A stretch of 63,776 nt of DNA, the filler included, from Diploschistes diacapsis (lineage: Eukaryota), in NCBI GenBank assembly GCA_023645945.1. It is 7 parts of 7 records of this genome, joined end to end, with 100 filler letters (N's around TTAATTAATTAA, not from the genome) between each part and the next. Parts side by side here need not be neighbours in the genome. Positions count along the whole stretch, not along the records: positions 34,493 to 40,277 come from JALAIB010001480.1; positions 40,378 to 46,161 come from JALAIB010001481.1; positions 46,262 to 52,039 come from JALAIB010001482.1; 4 more parts are not named here. One strand, 5' to 3'. The notes beneath the pieces were generated by a model. That model saw only the letters and a program-made list of their open reading frames with translations. It did no database searches and had not been told where the DNA came from. Positions 38,018 to 50,254 of the stretch are shown here, piece by piece. The position numbers were made by a program, and so were the translations under genes. Each line of letters opens with the position of its first letter. Position 1 is the stretch's first letter.

Positions 38018-39129
38018 TCATGTAATAGTTCTCAGGAATCTTTGTTTCGACTATATATTCCTGCAGGTTCTATCTTACCGGAAGAACCAACATCGTCGTG
38101 GATAAGGTAGGTCGAGAAATCAGTCTTGGAGTAGTGTCGGTTCTTTCGAAAGCTCGTGGTAATGCCGTAAAGGTAGGAAATGCGAAGCGATGGTCACCGG
38201 ACACGAGATGAGAAAAGCAGTACCGGATGTATGAGCCTCATGCCTGATCCAATACGGGATAACATGGTCGCCTAGATGCAGATTCGACTGAGATTTCGGC
38301 TAACTCATGGCAATGGCGACATTCCTGGCTGCTATATGTTCTCCGTCGTAATGAGAGTCATCGTATATAGCAAACTGGATACAGAGAAAGCCATCAACAC
38401 GAAACGGCTCGCGATCCTGCTGTAAATGAGGTTTGCTGGCTCCGGTCCTCATGCTTGACTAGACCAAAATTGGCACATTGCTCCTTTTGCTTCCCAGATT
38501 CTGAGTTCTTGCCAGTTATGGAGGCATTATCACATACCCCCCTTCGTAGTACTCAACTTCGCCACATGCACATTGTCATGTCGCTTCCATGTAGATTTAT
38601 TTTTTCATCCCCACACTCTCTTTCTGTTCAGAAGGTGATTGGTTTTCCAGCTCCTGCATGTCTCGTCCCCGCACGCTCCACGCACTCCAAGCCATTATCG
38701 ACGCTCACGTCTCATAGGAGATGAGGCTTTTAGGGCAGTGATCCGAAAACTTTTATCATTGGGGGTGCGGTTGAGAAAGGCTCACAGACGGAATCTAGCC
38801 TGCGCTCTCAATGCAACGCAGCTGCACTATCCTGAGAAAGGTATTGATTGACTAGAGAGCCTGAAGCACATCACTGTTGCGTACTTGGGATTGCGGGGAA
38901 TTCACGAACTCTTGCGATGCTTCATTCTATCGTTCGGGCTGTCGGAAAGCAGTCTGGCCATGCAGGCAGTAAGTGGGGTAGAGGAACCGCAAGCTGAGTA
39001 GCTGGAGGGCGATAAAAGAATGGAGACAACACCCCTCTGAGCTTCTCCAGCCCTCATCAATACCCCTTTTCATTTGAATGAACGATATTCGGGACTCAAT
39101 AAAGACAAGAACCCTCTCTTAAAAAAGCA

Positions 39130-40247
39130 ATGGCACACCAAATCCCCGAGAAGCAATGGGCGCAGGTCATCGAGAAGACCGGCGGCCCAATCGCGTACAA
39201 AGAGATCCCAGTCCCAAAGCCAGGCCCTGACGAGGTCCTTGTCAACATTAAATACTCTGGCGTCTGCCATACAGATCTCCACGCTGTCAACGGCGACTGG
39301 CCATTGCCCACAAAGCTGCCCCTTGTCGGCGGCCATGAGGGCGCTGGTGTGGTGGTAGCCCGCGGCGAGCTCGTCAAGGATGTGGAGATTGGCGACCATG
39401 CAGGTATCAAGGTAGGTAATTTCCTCTCCCGCACCGTGGTTATCGGACCCACTAACTAAATATTCCGCAGTGGCTGAACGGCTCTTGCCTCACCTGCGAC
39501 TTCTGCCAGCAGATGGACGAGCCCCTCTGTCCCAAGGCCCTCCTCTCCGGTTACACAGTCGACGGTACGTTCCAACAATACGCCATCGGCAAAGCCGCAC
39601 ACGTCGCACGGATCCCCAAGGATGTCGATCTCGAAGCCGTCTCGCCCATCCTCTGCGCCGGCATAACCGTCTATAAGGGCCTCAAGGAATCCGGCGCGCG
39701 GCCAGGCCAAACCGTAGCCATCGTCGGCGCTGGCGGCGGCCTGGGCTCGTTCGCGATCCAGTACGCCAAGGCCATGGGTCTCAAGGTGATCGCCATCGAC
39801 GGCGGCGACGAGAAGAAGGAGCACGTGACGAAGCTGGGCGCGGCGCACTACGTCGACTTCACCACCTCCTCCAACCTGGTCAAGGATGTGCAGGCCGCGA
39901 CCGAGGACGGGCTGGGACCCCACGCCGTGCTACTCGTCGCCGTGAGCGAAAAGCCCTTCCAGCAGGCCTCAGAATACGTGCGGCCCCGTGGGACTATCGT
40001 TGCCATCGGTCTACCTGCCGGCGCGTTCCTCAAAGCGCCGGTCTTCGAGACGGTTGTTCGACAGGTGTGTATCAAGGGGAGCTATGTTGGTAACAGGAAG
40101 GATACGGCGGAAGCGATCCAGTTCTTTAGGGAGGGCAAGATCCAGGCGCCATACAAGACGGTTGGGTTGAGCGAGTTGCAGAAGGTTTACGATTTGATGC
40201 ACGAGAGTAAGATTTCGGGGAGGTATATTGTTGATACTAGTAAATAG
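39130..40247 (+). CDS. adh1: Zinc-dependent alcohol dehydrogenase (ADH1/AlcA type)
   Basis: [30 protein letters not shown] structural Zn site, [31 protein letters not shown]; intron 39412-39470. Confidence 0.97.
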
Positions 40248-40277
40248 ATATATTAATCTAAAGGCATAGATTAGGGG

Positions 40278-40377
40278 NNNNNNNNNNNNNNNNNNNNNNN
40301 NNNNNNNNNNNNNNNNNNNNNTTAATTAATTAANNNNNNNNNNNNNNNNNNNNNNNNNNNNNNNNNNNNNNNNNNNN
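40278..40377. other. Artificial contig spacer
   Basis: N44-TTAATTAATTAA-N44. Confidence 0.98.
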
Positions 40378-41490
40378 ATTTATTTTAGGGTTTTATAATT
40401 TAGATCCTAGGCTTTTAAATCTCTTCGATTTAATTTATGTTAGATAACGTAATCGGTACCCGCGTTCGTAACCGTAACAACTACCGAGAAACGTAATTTT
40501 AATAAACGATTCAACGTAATAAAGTAAATGTTAATCCGGACTTATAACCTATTTAATAACGTAATAGATGTATTAAAATCTAAAAATCTATTTAGGAAAT
40601 TATCCTATTTTATAGACTTTTATCCTTATAAAATACGTTAAGCCCTATTACCTACACTATTCCTAAACCGGTCTAGTTGGGATTCCAGGAGGTTCAGCTG
40701 AACTGAACCTCCCTCTGGAACTTAGTTAGACTCCCAGCCATGCCTTCTGCCTGTCTGCTCAACACTTTTTATTTTAGAAACCTTCGACATAAATTTCTAC
40801 TACAACTCAGAAGTATGGGGGTCGGCTGTCCTTTCTACATTGAAAAACATCATTTCGAATATTATGCTTCCTCTTTCAAATATTATCAATTTTTAGGTAA
40901 CGTTAGAAGCACCTATTATAAAAGAACTAAAACATAAATATATAGATATTAAGTTACCTGATATTTCTTTACTAATAAAAATTCCTTTATTAAAAGATCT
41001 TCTTCTATCGTTCCGACATTTCTTTATCAATCTAAATATTAATTCTTAATCTAATACTCCTGTTTTAAAAATTCCTATCTTTATACCATTCCGAGAATTA
41101 GAATAAATTATATCCTTAAAACACTCAACAGTTCTTAAATCAGAATATTTAAAAACGCTTACGATTACATTTTATCTAAAATCAATTAACGATTTCTAGT
41201 TTATTAAAAACGTTATAATTTTAATTAAAACAAAAATAAACCTTTAGAATTAAGAAATATTACGATTCAAAACTAAATATAACAACTAAAAAAAAAATAT
41301 AAAGAACTTAAAGACATTATTAACACAATATTACCGAATAGAGATATCATTATTTAAACATACTTAAAAAATCCCTTTAACGTTAAAACGATATTTAAAT
41401 ATTTCGGTAATAAAGGTTACAAAAACCTAAAAATAAAAAAAAATAAAAAAATAACAAAAGTAAAAGAAAATAAAAAAAAAAGAACCCGTT
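40378..41490. repeat. AT-rich, RIP-like degenerated repeat/duplicated sequence
   Basis: Abrupt shift to very high A+T, abundant TpA, scarce CpA/TpG, many stops; sharp return to normal composition at about 41490. Confidence 0.8.
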
Positions 41491-41719
41491 TAAGACTCAG
41501 GCCTAAGGCGAAGCTCCCCGAAAAAGAAGCTGCATCGGATATCTCAGACTTTTCAGAAAGAGTATACGAAGATGCAATACAACCGAATTAGGGGGAGTGT
41601 GAGAAGGAGCAGAAGCAGGGGGACATGATTAGTCATACAGAATATATATAATCCGCTTACAGACATCTCTTGCAGAGCAATACAATCCTTCTTCTCCACC
41701 AATATAACTGAAACTTCAC

Positions 41720-42669
41720 AAGCCTTGATAATGTCTTGTGGTTCGGTTTTGGCATCCAACATGTTGTCCGAATCCTTGTGACTACAGCGCAGGGGATGTC
41801 TGCACTCGCGGTTGTCGGTGGCCTCTCGGAAACTGTGTCCTCTGAAATGGTAGCTTCTGTCCTCGATCAACTACCCGTGGTCTATGGCCCCCGCAAGAGC
41901 TTCGGCCGGCTCTCCTCCAGTGGGAGGCCTTGGTGGCCAATTGCTCCGGCGTTGTGTCAACCACCAAGTTTGCTTTGGTTGCTGAACAGTTTATGAGCTT
42001 GAACGGACAATCCCCAACCGCTCCCTATCCGTTGGGAATCAAGGCTTTGGAGACAAAAATTCGAGACTGTGAAAGTCAGAAGAAATTGCCGCTGCTCTTC
42101 AAGCTATTGGACGGCTGTCTTCTGGCTCTCTAGCTGCTATCGAACTTCGTGGGGGCGCCGTCTATGGACTTGTGGCAGCTATAACTTTCTGGTTCTTGGC
42201 CTTGGAGTCTAAATTTGATGAAGCACCATTGTTCTCCACCGGAGTGTATCAGAGGAAGAACCTATCCACGTACTTGTCTCATATTCCTCTACTGAAGATC
42301 CTTTTGATTCTTTATAGATGAGAGTAGCTAGCCGTTCCTACAACATCATAGTATCTCTTCAGTGCTTAGCCAACGGCTCATTGACAGTAACAACCTGATT
42401 ATGGCCTTTTCTGGTAGAGTGTTGTGGAACTCAGCGATCCGGGACACTTTTGGCACTGTTGGTCAAGAGCTTTTGAAAGCTCGTTATCACTTAGCCAGGT
42501 GCTCGGGAATGGAGCGAGGATCTCATCTAGGCTTGCCATAGACATTAAGAATTCTCGCTGGAAAAATTCACGCACTTCTTTTAAGAAATCTATAGTTCGC
42601 ACCGACATTAGCTATGGAATACCATTATTTATTTCGCTACAGCACGGCTACCTGGACGGGCTGCTTTAG
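41720..42669 (+). pseudogene. Pseudogene of an uncharacterised Pezizomycotina family (WFGFG motif)
   Basis: DNVLWFGFGIQHVVRILVTTAQGMSALAVVGGLSE then frameshifted ALVANCSGVVSTTKF and IELRGGAVYGLVAA segments, resembling a recalled family consensus; several stops and frameshifts. Confidence 0.6.
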
Positions 42670-42828
42670 ATCGGCAAGTAATGGTGTGCGCTGAGTACCC
42701 TTGGAAAAAGGGCAGGAGCTATTCATGGTGATGATCAGAATTATAATGACCGCTACATCGCGTTTACTTCTCACAGGCGCAACTTTCTATTTAGATATCT
42801 TGCGAAAGCTCCCTGACTACCCGAAAAC

Positions 42829-43406
42829 ATGACGCTTCAGTTTGGCCGCACATACACAATTACTAGATATTTGGCACAGCCAGGCAGTGCCAATTTAAAG
42901 GCGTTCAACTACCGGCCGTTACCGACATCCGCTTCATCTCCAGACACTAGCAGCTCAGACCTGGAAGTGAAGCTTGCCGTACTAGAAAGCACAAGAGAAC
43001 CGTTTTTCGAATTTAGCTTTGAGAAGGCGGGTGAACTGCTCTTCAAAATAGGACCAGCAGACCTCGCTGAGCGGCTTGTCAGATCTTCATCTTCCGTTTA
43101 CTGCCCTGCCGTCGATGCCCTGAGTTGAAAACGCCTTTGAGTTCGATTTTCACGGTCGACGGCGGGGGCAAAGTTGACACACAAGCAGACGTTACATCAG
43201 GAGGGTTGGTCGTTGTCCGCGGGATTCAAGGGAATCCAATTGCTCGCTGTATAGCTCTGCACCAAAACGCTAAATATGCTGTAATGCCGAGATATTGGTA
43301 TGATAACATGGGAATCCCCAAAGATGCATCAGTACAAGACCAGAAAGGCATTCTCTATCCGAAGGATGTGATTGTGAAGTTAGACGAATGCTGGCCTGTT
43401 GAATAA
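42829..43406 (+). CDS. Hypothetical protein in two overlapping frames (intron, frameshift or pseudogene)
   Basis: Two consecutive protein-like ORFs 42829-43128 and 43125-43406; no canonical in-phase GT-AG intron found. Confidence 0.3.
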
Positions 43407-44312
43407 GGGCCAGGTTTTATCGTACAAACGAGCGGATAGACATCTTGCCTGTTGTATACATCGTGTAGCAAAAAGCCTTCCTTTCTTCCTTAGGCATACA
43501 TCAACCGTCACTTAAATTGTTGGCCATTATGGTGAGCCTTACCGTTGTTAAAACGACACAGACCTACTAATTACCCAAGGCTTATACAGCCTAGTGGAAA
43601 AGCCTATGCAAAAGGATAACCATTCACACCTGTCAATAGCTTGCTCGCAAACGCTTTGGTCTCTGTATATGTAGTTTGAATTCGCTAACAGAAGACCCGT
43701 TCGTAGGGACGTTGAAATATAGTCGGTTGGTGGGTAATCATGAGGCACCTTGTTGCTTAGCGTCTTGTTTGTGGGACGGGGTAGAATATCGTCCCTAACC
43801 TGGCCAGCGAACTTGGAGTCCAGACGTGCGCTTTTGCCGTAGAAAACCCTTCACCTCTGGCTGTTTCTGATACCTTGCTGATGCCTGCTTTCCATTGAGT
43901 CACAGACGGATGCCTGACTCGGTATAAATAAGAAGGAATACGGTGATCTTCTTGCCTACCGTATGCACATGTTTTCTTCGCCTTTGAGTGGTGAACGATA
44001 GCATCCGGAATGCCTAAAATGCCTCTGTGGTCTCCAGCAGCTATGACGGAGGTTGATCAATCAGCCAATGCGCCTGTATCACAGCTTGCTTTCATGCCTT
44101 GCGAGGAAAGTGGTGGAAAACAAGATTCATAGAGCAGAGAGGAAACAGGGTAGGGATAAGAGTAATGTGCGAGCTAAGGTAAAGATATAAACCCCCAAGA
44201 CTGAATGCGCTGTACTTTAGCGTAAACTTACTAAAGGATACGCCTAAACTCGTGTCGTTCTACCTATAGTACTCTGCTAATCGAACCTTCAGAGAATCTA
44301 CAATACAATGGC

Positions 44313-45205
44313 CAAGAACAGACTGTCGCCGACGCTAACTTCCGTATTACCCATGGAGTTCTATGAGGAGCTCCCGGAGCCACTACTACTACCGGAATTG
44401 GTTTCAATAGTATTGGGGCTGCTGAAGCTGGTCCATCGCTGCTGTTGTAACCGGCGATCTCGACGTTCCATTATCAAGAGCAGAGAAGAAGTGGCCCCGA
44501 AGAGCGTGCGGGTATCGAAAGAAGTTGATGCCACCGACCATGCCTATGATGTGATCGTGTTGCAGGATATAGATATCGCCAAGATAAACAGTAGGATTAT
44601 CGACCATAGGGATCATCTAGGTGTAAGAGCGGTACTTACCTCCTGCGCTAGTCGCTCGAGGTCTTGAATACCGTCCTCTATTATGCGACTGGTGGGGAAG
44701 CAGCAAGAGAACCAACCATCTGCATCACCAGACCGAATGGTGGCACTGGCGAATAGCTCATTGACTGCACCGTTCGACTGAATATTATACCATTTCACAT
44801 CAACACCATTGAGATAGATATTGGCGGTCTCGACCCAGACTTGGATCAATTGAGAGGACTTTGAGACCGTCTTCGCCACCAAATCCTTGAGAACTTCTGA
44901 ATTGGAAAGGTCCATATCACTTTCCATGCGCTGGCCTGTAGGTTTTATAGAGATAATTGCTGATGGTCAACCGGGTGTCTGCCTAAATAGACTAATCCAA
45001 ACCTCAGGCCTATCATCGATGAATATTCTTCTCACAGTGGTCAGATTTACTAATGTTACTACCAACATGCTTTCATTATATGCATATTGGCTGCAGTAAG
45101 ATGGCCTGGATGTGCCAAATCCGGCTGGATTACCACTCTGACTGTTATTCCTTCGAACTTCTCGTCGATGATTCGCTAAACAGTAGACGTTCTGAGGCTG
45201 GAGTT
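44313..45205 (-). pseudogene. Relic of a non-reducing polyketide synthase (product-template domain and ACP end)
   Basis: [112 protein letters not shown]; stops, frameshifts and deletions. Confidence 0.85.
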
Positions 45206-45680
45206 CGTATGGACTGCCATCGCTGGAATGTGCCACAGTTGACAGATGGAAGTCATTTCCAGCGAGAGAAATATTTCATAGAAGGAAAGCATACGCAAGA
45301 AATAAAAGAGCTAGAGTTATACAAATGAGACTAGAAAAAGTGAACACTTTCTGCAATGGCAGGGAGTAGAGACAAAGATTGATAGTGCAAATATCAACAG
45401 CGTAATCCTGTAAAAGAGTGTAATCAGCGGTCTTTTCTTCATTGAAAGCATTAACTCTAGAAGGCATTTCTATTGCAGTCTCATGATGCATCGAATATTC
45501 TCGGAAAAGAACTTCGTCAGGAACAGAGAGTAGGAAGTACTTTTGTACCCATTTGCTCAGCTCAGCCTCGGCAATTATTATGATGTATGAGTATGGGCCA
45601 CGTCGTGAAAGAGAGATAGAAACAGACACCAAACTAGGATATAATTCTTTTCGAAAGCATAAGAGCAAAGGATCCGGAGG

Positions 45681-46161
45681 ATGGAACAGCATAAATTGAA
45701 TGGTGAGATGTATAGCTTCGATGCTCATCCCAAGGATACGGTACCCCTCTTGAGACTTTCCCTACGCAAGCTTCAAGACTTCAACCCTGAGGAATCAGAG
45801 CGCCTTTTCAAAGCATCGAAGGACCTTGGCTTCTTCTATCTGGACCTGGACGGCGCTGACAATAGCCAAGCTATGCTGCAGGATGTAGATGCGCTATTCA
45901 GTCTTGGGGAAAAGCTGTTCAATGAAGAGCTGGAACCGTACGACTTTGGCCTGGAGGGATCATACTTCGGGTGCGCCGCCATCTCATATGCACTCTCATC
46001 TTACCAAGCCTAGAGGTCGCGACCATTAATCGCTCCTACAGCTACAAAGGCTATGGAAAAGGCACCATCAATAAGGCCGGCGACCGGGACCGCAATGAGT
46101 TCTTCAACGTCTCCAAAGACGACATCCTCTCCCTCTCATCACCCCTCCCTAGCCCCTGCAT
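45681..46161 (+). CDS. 2-oxoglutarate/Fe(II) oxygenase N-terminal part (truncated at contig end)
   Basis: VPLLRLSLRKL..ESERLFKASKDLGFFYLDL..SYFG|YKGYG..DRNEFFNVSKDDIL, typical of the DIOX_N region; one intron. Confidence 0.85.
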
Positions 46162-46261
46162 NNNNNNNNNNNNNNNNNNNNNNNNNNNNNNNNNNNNNNN
46201 NNNNNTTAATTAATTAANNNNNNNNNNNNNNNNNNNNNNNNNNNNNNNNNNNNNNNNNNNN
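46162..46261. other. Artificial contig spacer
   Basis: N44-TTAATTAATTAA-N44. Confidence 0.98.
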
Positions 46262-49231
46262 AGCGTGTACCCCGTCCAAGCCGTCATCCCCCCGCCCTCC
46301 ACCCTCCTCGTCCCATTGACCGCCCCATTCTCCCTCAACACGCGCGCCAGCGCCCTATCGTTCCTATACTCCGCCCTATCCAGCGCCGTGCTGCCTAGGT
46401 CGCTCTGCGCATTGATGTCCGCGCCCGCGCCCAGCAGCAGCAGCACCACGCCCAAGTGGCCCTTGTTCGCGCCGCCGATCAGCGCCGTCCAGCCTGCGCT
46501 GTCGTGCGCCTCCAGCCGCGCCCCGGCGTCCAGCAGTAGCTTGCAGGTCCCCGTGTGGCCTTGCTCGGCGGCGAGGAGGAGGGCCGTTTGGTTTTGGGCG
46601 TTCTTGGCGTTGATGTCCAGGGCGTGGGCGTCGTGCGTGGTAGTGGTGTTGGTGTTGTTGGTGGGTATTCGGGTGATGGCGTCAGTGTTGGCGCTTACGG
46701 GGCCGTTGCCGTTGCCGTTGCCAAAGGTGTCGGTAGCCGCGCTCCGAAGCAACCGCACCATGCCCTCGTGCCCGTTGAACGCAGCGGCCATGAGCGGCGT
46801 GAAGCCCGCGTTGTCGGCGGCGCCGATGGATGCGCCCTCGTGTAGCAGCAGGCGCACGACACCTGTCTGGCCGCGCTGGCACGCGTGCTTGAGTGCTGTC
46901 GAGCCGTGTGTGTCGCGCGCATCGACGGCTGAGCCTGCGGCCAGGAGAGCGTGCACGATGTCCTCGTGGCCATTGGCCGCGGCGCCGTGGAGGGGGGTGT
47001 AGGCGCGGAAATCGCGCTCCTTGTTGGTGGTGGTGGTGGTGTCGCCGTTGTTGTTGTGATCTCTGCCGGTCGCTGTGGAGTCTGCGCGCGAAGAATGAGA
47101 CGGTGACTCGATCCAGGCGCCCTTGGCTAGTAGCAGCTTGACGATTTCTGCGTGGCCGCGCTCCGAGGCAAAGCGGAGCGGCGAGCGCCCTACGTCGTTT
47201 TTTATCGAGGTGCTGGCGCCGCGGTCGAGGAGTAGCTTAGCGATCATTACGCGGCTGTGCTCGATGGCGGTCATGAGGGGAGAGAGGGTTTTCGATTTGC
47301 CGGTACCGTCGACACGGGCGCATTTGACCACGACGTCGGACACGGATGAGGCATGGTTCGAGGGGTGCAGGCTGAATCTGGGCTTGCGGGATTTGGGGAC
47401 CGAATAGCCCTCCAGGAGGTAGTGGACGACTTTAAGATGGCCATCGACAATTGCCCAGCTGAGTGCCTTGGCGGAGTCGAAATCGCCGGCGAAGCCGGCT
47501 TTTGCAAGGACTTCGACCGGATCGAGGTCTTGAGGAAACGGATAGCCTTGTCTGGAGAAATGCATGTTGTTCGAGGAGCCAGAATCGGTATCGAGGCTTA
47601 GCCCAGCCGGGGGGGATAGTGTTGATCCCTTGTCCATCGAGGATCGTTTGCGAAACTCAAAGAGCGTTCGTGCGGGCCGGTGGCGGCTGGAGGTATGGGG
47701 TCTTGGTTTGGGGGATAGAGGCGGAGAAGTCGGTAGCGTCCCTACCGGTGCTGAAGTCTGGAGCTGCAACTCCGTCTCTTCTCGAACGTCCTCGGGAAGC
47801 TTGTTGAGCATCACGTCCGCTTCCAGATGCGAGCCTTTGCCGCTATATATAAGAACAAGAAGCTGGATCCCTTCGTAGTACTGCTTCGAGTTCTTGCCGT
47901 ACGTTGTGGTCCGAGCGTGCACGCATTTTTGGCAGTGCCGCAGCGCTTCTTCGTAGCTTTTCTTCAAGTAGTACACGCGAGCCAGTTTGAGATGTGCGTC
48001 ATTTATCATTTCTCTATTTTCCTGAGTAGCAATGCTCTCCCGGATGAGAGTAGACAAATGCTCATCGGCCTTGTCTAGCTCCCTCTTCTGGAGATAAATT
48101 GTGGCCAGAATGAGTCGCTCCCGAGTGAGATCCTGCTTGAGGTACCTCCCAGGGCTTAGTTTCTGCGCGTATTTCAGCGCAAGATCGAGGTTCTCAGCCG
48201 CCTGCTCAGGATTGTGGTTCTCGTAGTGCTTCTTGCCAGCTTTGCTGAGCGCCAGCATCAGGTCCAGGTCGAAATCTTCTTCCGGGTTGAACTCATCCTC
48301 CTCGTTATATTCGCTGTGGGCTACAATCCTGTGCGAAGAACCACGGTCCATTTCAGTGGAAACATCAGAGCCCATCTGGTGTACGGGCAGGGTGCTCGAC
48401 ACATGCTCGTCTTCGGGTTTGATTTGCTGCTCAACCCACATTTCAATGTGTGTGGCTTCACTCATATCGTATAGATGGCCTCGTCGTGATGTGACGCTTG
48501 CGCTGCGCACACTTTCCTCGTACGATGAAGACTTGAGACCTGACAGAATACTCGCTCTGGAGAGGACCTTTTGCGCAGTTCTCCGGAGGTGCAAGGCCTC
48601 CAAAGCCTCCCCCTCTTCGCCATCGATGGATGACCATTGACTTTCCACGGTGTATTGCAACTTGTTCGCCAGGTAGAAAACATTATCCATCCTTGACTCG
48701 GTACGGGAAGCGATGTCTACGCATATGTGGCTGGGATGGCAAATCAGTAAATAATAAAAGCGACGGCGGCAATGCTGCTCACAGATTGATCATAGTCAAT
48801 GCTAGTTGCAATTTCTTAGTATATCGAGCAAGCTTGACACTATTCATATCAAAGCCCTCCTGGTTGATCCTGGAGCGCATGGCAAGCGAGGCTGACTGAT
48901 CATCGCACCTTTGAATATCGATCAAGAGCGGCATCAACTCTCTCAAGTATTGGCCGCACCCACAAACTGAGTTGTACACCGACGTCCATACTTCTTTGTC
49001 ATTTTCTGACTCTACCCAAGATGGTAGCTTTGCGATTTTGCCCATGCTCGCGCCAACCGCATCAAATGCATTTTTTAGGCCGATCGCCTCCTCTACAAAC
49101 TGCCTAGAATGGTCTCCTGCGCCTGTAATGGCCCTCGCGATGTCAGAGGTGGTGGAAACCACCTCGAAGCACGCCTTTGTCGACGATGCGATGGCGTCGA
49201 GCAGGGAAGAGATGGATACTCGGCGGTCCAT
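46262..49231 (-). CDS. Protein with fungal STAND-type helical N-terminal domain, TPR-like repeats and ankyrin repeats
   Basis: Exon 1 helical domain ending KKLQLALTMINL; TPR-like LARVYYLKKSYEEALRHCQK; ankyrin motifs SPLMTA, SPLRFA, TPLHGA, TALKHA, TPLMAA, TALLLA, TALIGG, TALDRA; intron about 48692-48783. Confidence 0.88.
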
Positions 49232-50009
49232 TCTTTAGCCGATACTGGATGTCACCCCAAACCTGGAAGCTTGGAGCTACCGCTGCAGGGCTTTTGAGCG
49301 CCTTACGATGCGCATGCAACGAGCCTCTCAGCAGATTTCTATCATAACGTTCGCATGTATGCGCACTTGCGAATACGAAGTCTCTCATAGAGGTCGAATG
49401 GAGGAGAATCGAACGGCTAGAAAAATTAAATCGGACAGAGAGCGAAATTCCCAGAGCCAGGTTTCGCAGTAAATATAGTGTCAGCCGTTGCAGTACCAGA
49501 ACCGGAGGACTTTTAACTTTAATAGGGTCGGCAGAAATCCTTTCTCTGCCTCGCGCTTACTTACATTTAGAAGTGCTTAGGCCTTATGCCTAGTAGGGAG
49601 AGGTCTCTACTTGAGCGTTCCACGTTCCACAGCCTGAAGAGGGGAAACGTGGACGAATTATGAAGGCTGGCCATCGGTGAGGAGCGTGTTCATTTGCTCC
49701 GTTCCTCCAACTTTTGGTGAGGGGAAAGGATTCTCTCCTCCTCAGGCTGACACTCGGCATAAGGCGATCATCCTCTAGTTTGTCCTGTATCTCTGGAACA
49801 ATCTCCAGCATGAATCTTGTCAGACGGTGAAAGCGGGTGATGGGAATTCTTGCTGCTCCAAGGTTGCAAATAGACATACCGCCTTGAGAAATCGTTGATC
49901 GTGCCGTGTCGTGGTAGACTGGCTGGCTGTTGCTTTTGTATACTCAAGCATCCTTGCCTTTTGATAGTCTTCACGACTAAGTTCGGTGGCATAAGGTGGA
50001 GCTCTGGCT

Positions 50010-50254
50010 CCATGTTTGGACGATTAATATGCGATTAACCGGCAATTTATCGGACCGATTATTTATTCAGTATTTTATATAATACTTATGTAGTATTTAT
50101 GCAGTATCTCTACAATATTTATGCAATCATTTTATAATATATTTCCATTATTTATGGGACCTTTAATAGATAAGCTATTTGGCCCGATTAATCACCGATC
50201 AATCAATTAATATTCAATTAATAATCGATTAAGTGTTAATCTGTCCAAACATGG
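50010..50254. mobile_element. Non-autonomous TIR element (hAT-like MITE), 245 bp
   Basis: TIR CCATGTTTGGAC(A)GATTAA at both ends; direct repeat CTCTGGCT at 50002-50009 and 50255-50262; AT-rich core with CGATTAA subterminal repeats. Confidence 0.88.
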
